This document shows positions 13,188 to 24,206 of a stretch of 29,907 nt of DNA, one piece after another. Both the position numbers and the translations under genes were made by a program. Each line of letters starts with the position of its first letter. The first letter of the stretch is position 1. The notes under the pieces were generated by a model. That model was given only the letters and a program-made list of their open reading frames with translations, did not search any database and had not been told where the DNA came from. The stretch lies in NCBI RefSeq assembly GCF_006345805.1, contig NW_021836365.1:1-29907 (forward strand), read 5' to 3'. The DNA is from Octopus sinensis. Its lineage: Eukaryota.

Positions 13188-13300
13188 TTATCATCATCAT
13201 CCTCATCATCATCATCATCATCATCATCATCACTCTCCTCCTCCTCCTCCTCCTCCTCCCCATTATTATTATTATTATCATTATTATTATTATTATTATT

Positions 13301-13505
13301 CAGTAGTTTTATTTTTATAGCGTGCTTTCACTTCACTACCGAGCGCAGCACTGTGTGCCTTAGGTATGTGCTGTGATTTGTTGTGATGTTCTGATGGTTA
13401 TTGTATGGAAAGTGTTCTGCGTAGGATGTGTGCAGTGCCTAGTAGTGCAATTTTCTGTATGTTATATGTGTTTGTAAGTCCTGGTGTTTTTGTTATGTAT
13501 TTGTC

Positions 13506-13506
<1 letters not shown>
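13301..13506 (-). mobile_element. R4/Dong-like LINE extreme 3' end
   Basis: IQKIALLGTAHILRRTLSIQ* plus the UTR shared with 11852-12060 and 18272-18496, flanked on both sides by (ATT)n. Confidence 0.85.
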
Positions 13507-13576
<70 letters not shown>

Positions 13577-13638
13577 GTTGTTGTTGTTGTTGTTGTTGTT
13601 ATTATTATTATTATTATTTATTATTATTATTATTATTA

Positions 13639-13670
<32 letters not shown>

Positions 13671-13739
13671 GCGCATTTAATTCAGTGATATTTAATGAAT
13701 AATTTAGATTATGTGGGCAAAGCCCATTTAAAAGAAATG

Positions 13740-14335
13740 TCTCATAAATTTACAGGTCCTCTGTAATTCATAATTAGATTGAAAAGAACTAATCGGAGTA
13801 TGGCCTGCAGTGGTGGTCACTGTTATCTCTTTTGAATCTCCTGAAGAGATGCTGCTCCTGGGATATTGTTAACATGTTTTTCCAGTCCTGTTTCATACCC
13901 AAGGATCCTGAGATTAATGGAACTGTCTTCCTTTTAACAATCTCATTCTCTAAGACTTTGAATTTGTTAATTTTTTTTTCTATCTCTTTTACTGATATGG
14001 CGTTATCTGATTGAATACTCATATCAAATAATTTTCAGGTTTTATCTTTCTTGCCCTTGAAAATCATATCTGCTCTGCTTGAATTCTCCGATTTGCACTC
14101 ACTGGGAAATCCCAAAGTATTGTTATCTTATATCTTCTTCCATTAATAGTTATGGTTTGTATTCATGCCGGTTAATGGTTGTTTTGATGATGTAATGGTT
14201 ACATAACTTCCAGTGCCAATAATGGTTTACTCTGTCATGGCGATTCTTATAACTATTTCGTGTCAGTACCGCACAGCCTAAAATAAGATGCTTTGTGTTT
14301 TATCATATCCGTCACAAAATATGCATAAGACTTAA
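13740..14335 (-). mobile_element. Older R4/Dong-like LINE remnant (knuckle plus RLE)
   Basis: ILGCAVLTRNSYKNRHDRVNHYWHWKLCNHY and MSIQSDNAISVKEIEKKINKFKVLENEI...GSLGM. Confidence 0.7.
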
Positions 14336-14342
14336 ACATACA

Positions 14343-14529
14343 GGTGTAGGAGTGGCTGTGTGGTAGGTAGCTTGCTTACGAACCAGATGGTTTCGGGTTC
14401 AGTCCCACTACGTGGCACCTTGTGCAAGAGTCTTCTACTATAGCATCGGGCCGACCAAAGCTTCGTGAGTGAATTTGGTAGACGGAAACTGAAAGAAGCC
14501 CGTCGTATATATGTATATTATATATATAT

Positions 14530-14596
<67 letters not shown>

Positions 14597-14819
14597 TGTG
14601 TGTGTGTGTGTATGCTTGTGTGAGTATGTTTATGTATCTGTGTTTGTCTCCCCAATATCGCTTGACAACCGATGCTGGTGTGTTTACGCCCCCGTAACTT
14701 AGCGGTTTGGCAAAAGAGACCGATAAAATAAGTACTAGGCTTACAAAGAATAAGTCCTGGATCGACTAAAGGCGGTGCTCCAGCATGACCACAGTCAAAT
14801 GGCTGAAACAGGTAAAAGA
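14343..14819 (+). mobile_element. Full-length tRNA-derived SINE with an internal (TA)n(TG)n tract
   Basis: A box TGGCTGTGTGG (14353-14363), B box GGTTCAGTCCC (14396-14406), head to ~14503, microsatellite, tail 14630-14819. A second copy is at 15225-17565. Confidence 0.85.
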
Positions 14820-15224
14820 TAATTTGGCCTCGTAGAGCGAATATGAACCTCTCTCTCCCCTCTGGCAACGTGGGTCTTTTTTCTGGTCTACATCAGTGTC
14901 TTGATTTGGAGGGCAGGTAGTCAATAACAGAGGCTTGTGTTCCCATTGATATTTGAATTATTATTGGTTTCCCATTTTTGCTAGCTGTTTGATGTTTTAC
15001 TCTACCACTCTCCGAGTTCAGAGTCGTGTATCCTACATTCAAATGCGTTTTTGTTGTTTACCTGCTTTAGAACCGGTTTTAAATATTCAGGCTTCTGTGA
15101 AGTAGAATTATGTAAATAATCCTATTGATGATACATTATACAAAAGTTAAAGTTGTGACATTTCCCTGCTTCACTTGACCCTCTGTAGGTACAGACGATC
15201 AACGTTCGAACTGATGATGTCTTA

Positions 15225-15388
15225 GCAGGCCGGAATGGCTGTGTGGTAAGAAGCTTGCTTACCAACCACATGATTCCGGGTTCAGTCCCACTGCGTGTCA
15301 CCTTAGGCAAGTGTCTTCTACTATAGCCTCGGGCCGACCAAAGCCTTGTGAGTGGATTTGGTAGACGGAAACTGAAAGAAGCCCGTCA
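15225..15388 (+). mobile_element. 5' head of a second tRNA-derived SINE copy
   Basis: Near-identical to 14343-14503 (A box TGGCTGTGTGG, B box GGTTCAGTCCC). Confidence 0.85.
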
Positions 15389-15540
15389 TATATATAATAT
15401 ATAATATATATATTATATATTAAAATTAAGGAACGGCCATAATAGGCCATTCACCCACTAGAAATAACAGCCAAAGCTTCTACCGCAATAAAGATCAATT
15501 CCGTAAACAGGAGAAAATAAAAAAAAAACATTACCCTGTA

Positions 15541-15647
15541 ATTTCTTGTACGGTATACCGTTTCATCCGCTGTTTAATGGTAAACTAACCTGATTAAATT
15601 AAATCAAGCCAATCTTCCATAAGCCCTCGGATTCTTCAGCAAGAAAT
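15541..15647 (-). ncRNA. Type I hammerhead ribozyme, copy 1 (intact core)
   Basis: The minus strand reads ATTTCTTG-CTGAAGA-ATCCG-(58 nt)-CGGAT-GAAA-CGG-TATA-CCG-TA-CAAGAAAT. This gives an 8-bp stem I, a CUGANGA core, a 5-bp basal stem II, GAAA, a 4-bp stem III with UAUA loop and a GUA cleavage triplet. Predicted cut is between 15549 and 15548. Confidence 0.9.
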
Positions 15648-16036
15648 AGCTCAAGTCGGAAACAGATATATACACGAGGCATACCAATCTTGCCAAGTCA
15701 ATATCTGACCTAAAATTTTCAAATCGTCGCACTCGCGCCAATTTATCGGCAGCAAATAAATATCAGCCGTCGATTCCATTACGGAATTAACCAAAAAAAA
15801 TTCATAATTAATCAATATAGGGTGGAAAGGAAAATTTTGTAGAATTTTATTGCCACCAGCGGCCAGCGGGAAAAAAATTAAAAGTCATAGACCATTTTTA
15901 AGTTCAACATTAACAATAAGGAACGGCCATAATAGGCCATTCACCACTAGAAATAACAGCCAAAGCTTCTACCGCAAATAAAGATCAATTCCGAAACAGG
16001 AGAAAATTAAAAAAATTAAAAAAACATTACCCTGTA

Positions 16037-16142
16037 ATTTCTTGTACGGTATACCGTTTCATCCGCTGTTTAATGGTAAACTAACCTGATTAAATTAAAT
16101 CAAGCCAATCTTCATAAGCCCTCGGATTCTTCAGCAAGAAAT
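16037..16142 (-). ncRNA. Type I hammerhead ribozyme, copy 2 (intact core)
   Basis: Same motif as copy 1, with one base missing in the stem II extension. Predicted cut is between 16045 and 16044, 496 nt from the copy 1 cut. Confidence 0.9.
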
Positions 16143-16889
16143 AGCTCAAGTCGGAACAGATATATACACGAGGCATACCCAATCTTGCCAAGTCAATATC
16201 TGACCTAAAATTTTCAAATCGTCGCACTCGCGCCAAATTTATCGCAGCAAATAAATATCAGCCGTCGATTCCATTACGGAATAACCAAAAAAATTCATAA
16301 TTAATCAATATAGGTGGCAAGGAAAATTTTGTAGAATTTTATTGCCACCAGCGGCCCAGCGGGAAAAAAATTAAATAGTCATAGACCATTTTTAAGTTCA
16401 ACATTAACAATTAAGGAACGGCCATAATAGGCCATTCACCCACTAGAAATAACAGCCAAAGCTTCTACCGCAAATAAAGATCAATTCCGTAAACAGGAGA
16501 AAATTAAAAAATTTACAGGGTAAATGTTTTTTTAATTTTCTCTGTTTACGGAATTGATCTTTATTTGCGGTAGAAGCTTTGGCTGTTATTTCTAGTGGGT
16601 GAATGGCCTATTATGGCCGTTCCTTAATTGTTAATGTTGACTTAAAAAGGTCTATGACTATTTAATTTTTTTCACGCGGGCCGCTGGTGGCAATAAAATT
16701 CTACAAAATTTTCCTTGCCACCCTATATTGATTAATTATGAATTTTTGGTTAATTCCGTAATGGAATCGACGGCTGATATTTATTGCTGCCGATAAATTT
16801 GGCGCGAGTGCGACGATTTGAAAATTTTGGTCAGATATTGACTTGGCAAGATTGGGTATGCCTCGTTATATATCTGTTCCGACTGAGCT

Positions 16890-17005
16890 ATTTCTTGCTG
16901 TGAAGAATCCGAGGGCTTATGGAAGATTGGCTTGATTTAATTAATCAGGTTATTTTACCATTAAAAAGCGGATTGAATGATGAAACGGTATACCGTACAA
17001 GAAAT
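16890..17005 (+). ncRNA. Type I hammerhead ribozyme, copy 3 (inverted arm; core disrupted by small insertions)
   Basis: ATTTCTTG-CTGTGAAGA (TG inserted in CTGAAGA)-ATCCG...CGGAT-TGAATGAT (insertion)-GAAACGGTATACCGTA-CAAGAAAT. Confidence 0.75.
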
Positions 17006-17236
17006 TACAGGGGTAAATGTTTTTTTAATTTTTTTAATTTCTCCTGTTTACGGAATTGATCTTGATCTTATTTGCGGTAGAAGCTTTGGCTGTTATTTCT
17101 AGGGGTGGGTGAATGGCCTATTATGGCCGTTCCTTAATTGTTAATGTTGAACTTAAAAATGGTCTATGACTATTTAATTTTTTTCCCGCTGGCCGCGCTG
17201 GTGGCAATAAAATTCTACAAAATTTTCCTATATTGA

Positions 17237-17288
<52 letters not shown>

Positions 17289-17372
17289 TGTATGTATGTA
17301 TATATATATAATATATATATGTATGTATGTATGTATGTATGCATGTATGTATGTATGTATGTGTATATGTTT

Positions 17373-17565
17373 GTGTGTCTGTGTTTGTCCCGCCAACATC
17401 GCTTGACAACCGATGGTGGTGTGTTTAAGTCCCCGTAACTTAGAGGTTCGGCAAAAGAAATCGATAGAATAAGTACTAGGCTTACAAAGAGTATGTCCTG
17501 GGGTCGACTTAAGGCGGTGTGTACCAGCATGGCCGCAGTCAAATGACTGAAACAAGTAAAAGAGT
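17373..17565 (+). mobile_element. 3' tail of the same SINE, separated from its head by the hammerhead array
   Basis: Matches 14630-14819 (CATCGCTTGACAACCGATG...CAGTCAAATGACTGAAACAAGTAAAAGA). Confidence 0.85.
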
Positions 17566-17928
17566 AGAGTAAAGATTAAAGTAAATATATATATATATAT
17601 AAAGTAAAAACAAAAGCTATTTGTCAACATGATATGGTTGTCCTGGAAGGGACTTCGTTACTGTTTATTAGCCCCCAAGGAATATCGTTCCTAGCTGGCT
17701 GTACGACACATTACCTGTGTCCTTATATTTTCGAACAGGAAATTCAGCATTCCCATCTAGCACAAAAGCATCTGTGGACTAGTTTCAGTTTTATTGCACT
17801 TTAGCAACACAGTGTAGCTGCATGGCCAGATGACGCTGCTGAATTCACGGTTCGAATATATAGATTTCAAAGTAACACACAGTCACTGACCTATTTATAG
17901 AAATATGTACACACACACACACACACAC

Positions 17929-17984
<56 letters not shown>

Positions 17985-17994
17985 CATGTATGTA

Positions 17995-18195
17995 AAAGAC
18001 CCCCTTCGGTCATGAATGACCATGGGATTGCACCTAGAAAGTTACCCTCCTAGACACAAGTCCGGGCAAGGTTGCTTATGGAAGACCAGCAGTCGCCCAT
18101 GCATACCAGCCTCCCTTCTCCACGCCACCAGTGTTATCCAAGGGAAAGACAAAGGTCGATACAGCTTGGCACCAGTGACGTCGCAACTCATTTAT
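17995..18195. repeat. GC-richer interspersed repeat, family uncertain
   Basis: Complex GC-richer block between microsatellites that resembles a common octopus-type repeat (from memory). There is no second copy in the window. Confidence 0.35.
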
Positions 18196-18201
18196 GTATA
18201 A

Positions 18202-18247
<46 letters not shown>

Positions 18248-18271
18248 TAATAATAATAATAATAATAATAA

Positions 18272-18492
18272 GGTGCATTGATAAAAAAATATTCAGACAC
18301 TTACATAACAAAAATACCAGGACTTACAAACACATATACATACAGAAAATTGCACTACTAGGCACTGCCCACATCCTACGCAGACACTTTCCATACAATA
18401 ACCATCAGAGCATCACAACAAATCACAGCACATACCCAAGGCACACAGAGCTGCGCTCGGTAGTGAAGTGAAGCACGCTATAAAATAAACTA

Positions 18493-18496
<4 letters not shown>
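18272..18496 (+). mobile_element. R4/Dong-like LINE extreme 3' end
   Basis: YITKIPGLTNT..QKIALLGTAHILR..LSIQ* plus a UTR ending GCACGCTATAAAATAAACTACTG, with (AAT)n on both sides. Confidence 0.85.
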
Positions 18497-18526
<30 letters not shown>

Positions 18527-18670
18527 GGTAAAGTCATAAATGATTTTTACCAAGTGGTCAGCGTAGAAATAAACCTCGTAGGAGAATTTATGGTGGCAAT
18601 TTTTCATGTGCGTGGTGAGGCGCAATCCAAGCCTTGTTATAATTATGTATATTAGTTATATAATATATAG

Positions 18671-18707
<37 letters not shown>

Positions 18708-19082
18708 AATATATATATGTGTGTGTGGTGTATCTGTCTATACATACACCACACACTCACCACGCACAACATACACAAATCCACGACGGCGTGCTGAGGA
18801 GTTCCTGCCTTAAGTAAATGAAAATACAGGAGGATACAGTTAATTAGGATTTTATCCACCATGTTCCCTCCCAATTCCCACACTTATTACAGCGGTCCTT
18901 CATTTTTGTTTATTCCCTGTAAAAGAACCTCCACTCAGGCCTTTCGTGATACCCCGAAAGCCAGGAACTTTTCAGCCATCCCTGTATATATATAATATAT
19001 ATATTATATATATATATATATATATATTATATATTATATATATTATATATATATATATATAGTTTTTATATAATAATATATA

Positions 19083-19129
<47 letters not shown>

Positions 19130-19420
19130 ATATATATATATAATATTTATGTATTTATTTATTTATTTATTTATTTATTTATTTGTGTGTGTGCGTGTGG
19201 TGTGTATAGTGTTTATCTCTGTATCTGTGTAGATGCAGATAGGTACATAGATTGATGATTAGATATGGATACTACCATTAATGTGAGTTTGGTTTTAATT
19301 ATATGGTTGCGCATAATAACAAACTATTACTGTAAACAAATTCAATATTTTTAGTAAAATCAAATTATTATAACGGGACTTCGGGCTTAGTAATTAATGT
19401 GTGTGTATGTACGTACATAC

Positions 19421-19457
<37 letters not shown>

Positions 19458-20004
19458 TACATATATATGTGTGTTTATGCCTGTTTGCATGTATGCTTGT
19501 ATATATACATATATACATACACACACAAATTCAAAGCAATATCTTGATTAACGAGTTTTTTTCTTCATATTTTGCAATATTTTTTTTTTAAAATTTGCTA
19601 TCAAAAACCTCATTAACGGACGAAGCTTAAACATAGTTTTAATGATAGTTTTAACGCAGATAAAATATTTGTGTCCGTTATCAAATGTGTACTGTCAGAA
19701 TCGTTGGAAAAAAAATCAGTACTGATTCATAAGTTTGCCTCATTATTCCACTCAGACCGGAAGAGATGTCAACGCTTCCGGTGATACGTTGGAAAATAGA
19801 AGAATAACCTACCCCCAGACTGATATATTCTACATTATTGGCAATATCATCGCCTGTATATCTTCCCAAAATATCTCATCATAATTTTTGTAATCTTTGG
19901 GCAGCAGTGTAATGCTTTAACATTTGGAGTTAATAGAATATTGAAATCATGGCGGGCAACGATAATATTCATTTTATCCGACCGTGGACGGACATAAGAC
20001 TAGC

Positions 20005-20008
<4 letters not shown>

Positions 20009-20037
<29 letters not shown>

Positions 20038-20092
20038 TGTATGTATGTATGTATGTATGTATGTATGTATGTATGTATGTATGTATGTATGT
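20009..20092. repeat. (TATG)n microsatellite
   Basis: Direct inspection. Similar tracts occur at ~855-925 and 29159-29240. Confidence 0.95.
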
Positions 20093-20569
20093 ATCTATGT
20101 GTGTAGTAGGTATGTATATATATATGCATGTACGTATATATATATATAAATATATATATATGAATGCATATAAATATGAATGCATGTGTGTACGTAAGTA
20201 TGTATACATCAATAAAATGAATGGGTGTATGCACATATGTATATAAGCGAGTGTGTCTGTGTATCGATGTAAGGATCATTATATACACATATATGTGTAG
20301 ACGTGTTGAGTGTATATGTCAGCAGGTATGCATGGGTGTACATATTTAGCATTTGAGGTATATATATATATATATATATATACGCACACATATACATATG
20401 TATATTCACCCATAAATATATACATACATACAGGCATACATGCATATAGATATGTATATATGTGGATATATATATACACACAAAACACATATATAAATAT
20501 CCATACATATATACATGTATATATATGTAAATAGTATGTGTATACACATACACACACACACACACACAC

Positions 20570-20607
<38 letters not shown>

Positions 20608-21084
20608 TATACACACACGTAACGGAAAAAGAGTTACTGTGTGGGTGTTTGTTTTCTACATGCATGAATATTTATATAATACTGACATATAGTCAATATA
20701 CTCTGTTTCTTTTTAACAAAATCTACATAAATAATTACTTTACACACACACACACATACATACATATATCATATCATATCATATTATATATATATAGATA
20801 TATATATATATATAATATATATATATATATAAGGTTAGCTAAGTTAGAGGTTAGAATAGTCGTCTAAAGAATAGAAGTATCGATTATACTACCGGTATAT
20901 TAGCTATGTTTAACCATGGGCATACATATGCAAGCATATTATGCTCATAAATTATAGTTAAAGACAAGGATAAACATGAGTTTATCAAGAATCAAAATTT
21001 AACGAAAACAGAAAATGGAGAAATATTGATGAACAACAATTTACTTACATCAATTATTATTTATTAATTCAATACAATGGAATG

Positions 21085-21204
21085 CTTCCCATCTACCAGC
21101 TGTTTCTGCTTCTAATGTTGTACGGCTTTGCCATTGATATGCTAAAGACATTTATCATATTTGGTAATGAACCGATCTGAAATTGGAGCTTCATCAGAGT
21201 GAAG
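21085..21204 (-). ncRNA. Degenerate type I hammerhead ribozyme of a second family
   Basis: The minus strand reads CTTCACT-CTGATGA-(84 nt with irregular hairpin)-GAAA-CAGCTG-GTA-GATGGGAAG. Core nucleotides are present and the stem III loop is palindromic, but stems I and II are only partly paired. Confidence 0.5.
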
Positions 21205-22054
21205 AATAAATAAAAAAAGAGCCATGAGAACAAAAAAAAGTTGAATATGGTTAGAATCATACCATTTTGACTTCGTATCTCCTTGGGATGTTAGGTAAAT
21301 GACTAAGCTTAAAATAGTACTTGGTGGGTTAATCATTTGTACGGGTGGGTGGGTGGATAGGATGGATAAATGATAAAAAATAATAGTGGGATACGCCAAT
21401 AGGTTTTAGTCAGAGAAGTGGTGAATATACCATAAGATTTTAAATTAATCATTATAATTTTTAATAAATTATGTTTATCGTACTAATTTAAGTGTTAATC
21501 GATTAAATGTAATATTTTATTTATTACTACAAGGTTAAGCCCTTCCATCTGTTGTCCGAAGTGAGATAGGCCAAGGTCCGATGTTCGATATAATTGGTCA
21601 GTTGAAATTTAAAAACAAAAGACCAGCTATTGAAACCGTTATACGAGGTAAGATAAATAAATAAATGGAAAAATGGTATACGTTGTAAGGGGCCCCAAAA
21701 CACTTAGGATAGTATATGCTAGATTAAAAAAATATTATGGAATACCTATTAAGAAAGAAACCTATTGCGACATTTAGGGATTAGGACGGTTGGGGGTGAA
21801 AATGGTCCAAAAATTTTTGAAATAAGAATGTGAAATTAGAAAAAACAATGGAAAGGATCTATTAGGAAGGAAAATTAGGGAAATATTTATAGTCAAGGGG
21901 AGGTAATAACTAGGGTAAGTGGCCTAAATTGGAGACTGCTGGTCTACCACCCAGTGCACCTAATCAGTGAGTTAACTAGCCAAACAACTAATTTCCCAGC
22001 TAATTGGCTAAACAGTCTATAAATCAGTCAGCCCAGTGGTCAATTAAATAAGTA

Positions 22055-22935
22055 AAACGGCGACCACACCTGTTCACCGTCGTCTACGTAGAGCCTGAGA
22101 TGTCGCAGTCTCAGCGCGTGTCTGCGCATTATCAACTACGGCATACCCAGTCCTCTTTTTAACGGGTATTGACAGCAAATGGATCGCCTGACCATCGGGA
22201 CTCATCCTTTCCACTAGAAGCGAAAGAGAATGCGTTCTAGTTCGGTGATGGTAGGATCGTGACAAGGCACGACGGTCAGACGGTAGTAGATGACGGATGC
22301 GATGTACGTGTTCGCCACCTCCGCCCGCGTATGCAGACAAGCTCGTCCCGCATCCCAATTCTCGCGGGATGCCCCTCAGAGCTGCCAGCTTCCGCAATAA
22401 TGGCTCGAGAGTCAATACATAGAGAAGCGGCGAGAGGGGTCATTCCTGACGGACCGAACGTGCAATGTCGAAAGGTCTCGATAGATATCCATATACGCGA
22501 GTTACTGAACGGATACTTCTGTACAAAGCGGTCATCCAGCCGCGGAAGACGGGACCGAAACCAGCCGCTCTGAGAACAGCCTCCAAGTATCGATGGTCTA
22601 CCCTATCGAAGGCTTTCGATTGATCCAAATTGATCAGGGCCCCACCCATGCTAGGTTCCTTAACTACTCTGTCTATGATGTAGCGCATCAGATGGAGGTT
22701 GTCATGGATGCTCCGGCCCGGCACAGCGCACGTTTGCGCCTTGTCGACCAGTTTCTCGATGACAACCTCTTGGTTAATTCTTTGGCCTAAATTTTCAAGT
22801 CTGCATTGAGCAGAGTGATGGGCCTAAAGTTATCTATTACATCCCCCTTATTTAGATCTTTTTTCAGCAGTGTTACGGCTCCTCGGCTCACAAAACCAGG
22901 GATCCTCCCGTTTTGCTGCCAGTTGCAGCACACCG

Positions 22936-22940
<5 letters not shown>
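22055..22940 (-). mobile_element. Tx1/L1-like LINE RT remnant with the catalytic DD removed by internal deletion
   Basis: CNWQQNGRIPGFVSRGAVTLLKKD..KGDVIDNFRPITLLNADLKI, PGRSIHDNLHLMRY, LINLDQSKAFDRVDH, RSVRQ, LEPLLRKL and LSAYA, then directly VANTYIASVIYYRLTVVPC...RGLGMP*LIMRRHALRLRHL. Confidence 0.9.
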
Positions 22941-22972
<32 letters not shown>

Positions 22973-23046
22973 TCTGTAGCTCTCTCTATATATATATACG
23001 TCCCTTTCTTTATCCTCCTCCTCTCTCTCTATACACATATCCGTCC

Positions 23047-23047
<1 letters not shown>

Positions 23048-23128
<81 letters not shown>

Positions 23129-23170
23129 ATCTATCTTCTATCTATCTATCTATCCATCTATCTATCATAC
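23048..23170. repeat. (ATCT)n microsatellite
   Basis: Direct inspection. A similar tract occurs at 29690-29860. Confidence 0.95.
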
Positions 23171-24002
23171 ATACATACATATATGTAATATAGAAGTACA
23201 CTTGAACCACACACATATGCAGGCGAATGACTATTCACATATGCTATGAATATAAGGTTATCTTTTGAATCATATTTTTGGAAGAAACCATTTTCCATTG
23301 TAGGATCCTATGCATCTATTATTCTTATAACTGTAGCTTTACATCTATTATGTTCTGCACCCTCCATCTTGCGCACGTACACACGTAGACACACATACGC
23401 GCGAGCGTATATACACACCCAAACACACACAACCTTCCTTTCATTCTCTTTGTATTAGGGCAACAGTTTATATAGCTACACACCCACCTCTTTACAACTC
23501 TCTCTCTCTCTCTCTCTCTTCTCTCTATATATATAATATATATATATATATATATTATATTATTAGATACGTATAGACAAATTAACATATATATATATAT
23601 ATATAAACTTGGATGTATATATATATATATACATACATATATATATATATGTATATGAACATGTGTGTATATATATATATATATATTCACATATATATAC
23701 TTATATACACGTGCTATATAATGCATGTTGTGTTAGGTGACCTATGCATGTATATTATGTTTTACACATACACACAGACACAGGCACACACACATATACA
23801 AACGCACGCACGTACACACACACACCCGTACACATACATGTACCTGCATATGTATCTATCTACCTTCCAATCTACTTATCTATCTATATACATATGCTTA
23901 TGGAGTCCTACATTTATATACGTATGTATATTCATACATATAATCTGCATAAACATATACAAACATACGTATATATACATACACATATATTTCTATATAC
24001 GT

Positions 24003-24206
<204 letters not shown>

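Larger units (their letters stand above)
15424..17242. mobile_element. Head-to-head array of a ~495-bp hammerhead-containing unit (retrozyme / Penelope pLTR-like), flanked by (TA)n
   Basis: Direct copies at 15424-15914, 15915-16408 and partial 16409-16513. Inverted copies at ~16509-16629 (partial), 16630-17139 (full) and 17140-17242 (partial). Both outer ends abut TA repeats. Confidence 0.85.

Noticed and set aside
14343-14420. tRNA-like A/B boxes (also 15225 and 25925)
   Set aside because: No cloverleaf can be folded, and they continue into SINE bodies, so they are SINE heads and not tRNA genes.
15424-16408. Regular repeat array considered as CRISPR-like or satellite DNA
   Set aside because: There are no short repeats with unique spacers and the context is eukaryotic. 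With only about 3.6 units, an inversion and a ribozyme, it fits a retro-derived insertion better than a satellite.
19755-19800. CCGGAAG-(11 nt)-CTTCCGG hairpin followed by GATACGTTGG, loosely hammerhead-like
   Set aside because: Both core segments deviate (CGGAAGA, GATA) and no stem I was found.
21480-21900. Possible PLE GIY-YIG C-terminus (EGLN on the minus strand at ~21535) upstream of the decayed hammerhead
   Set aside because: Only a 3-residue match. No GIY-YIG or WI..L.T..P motif could be reconstructed.
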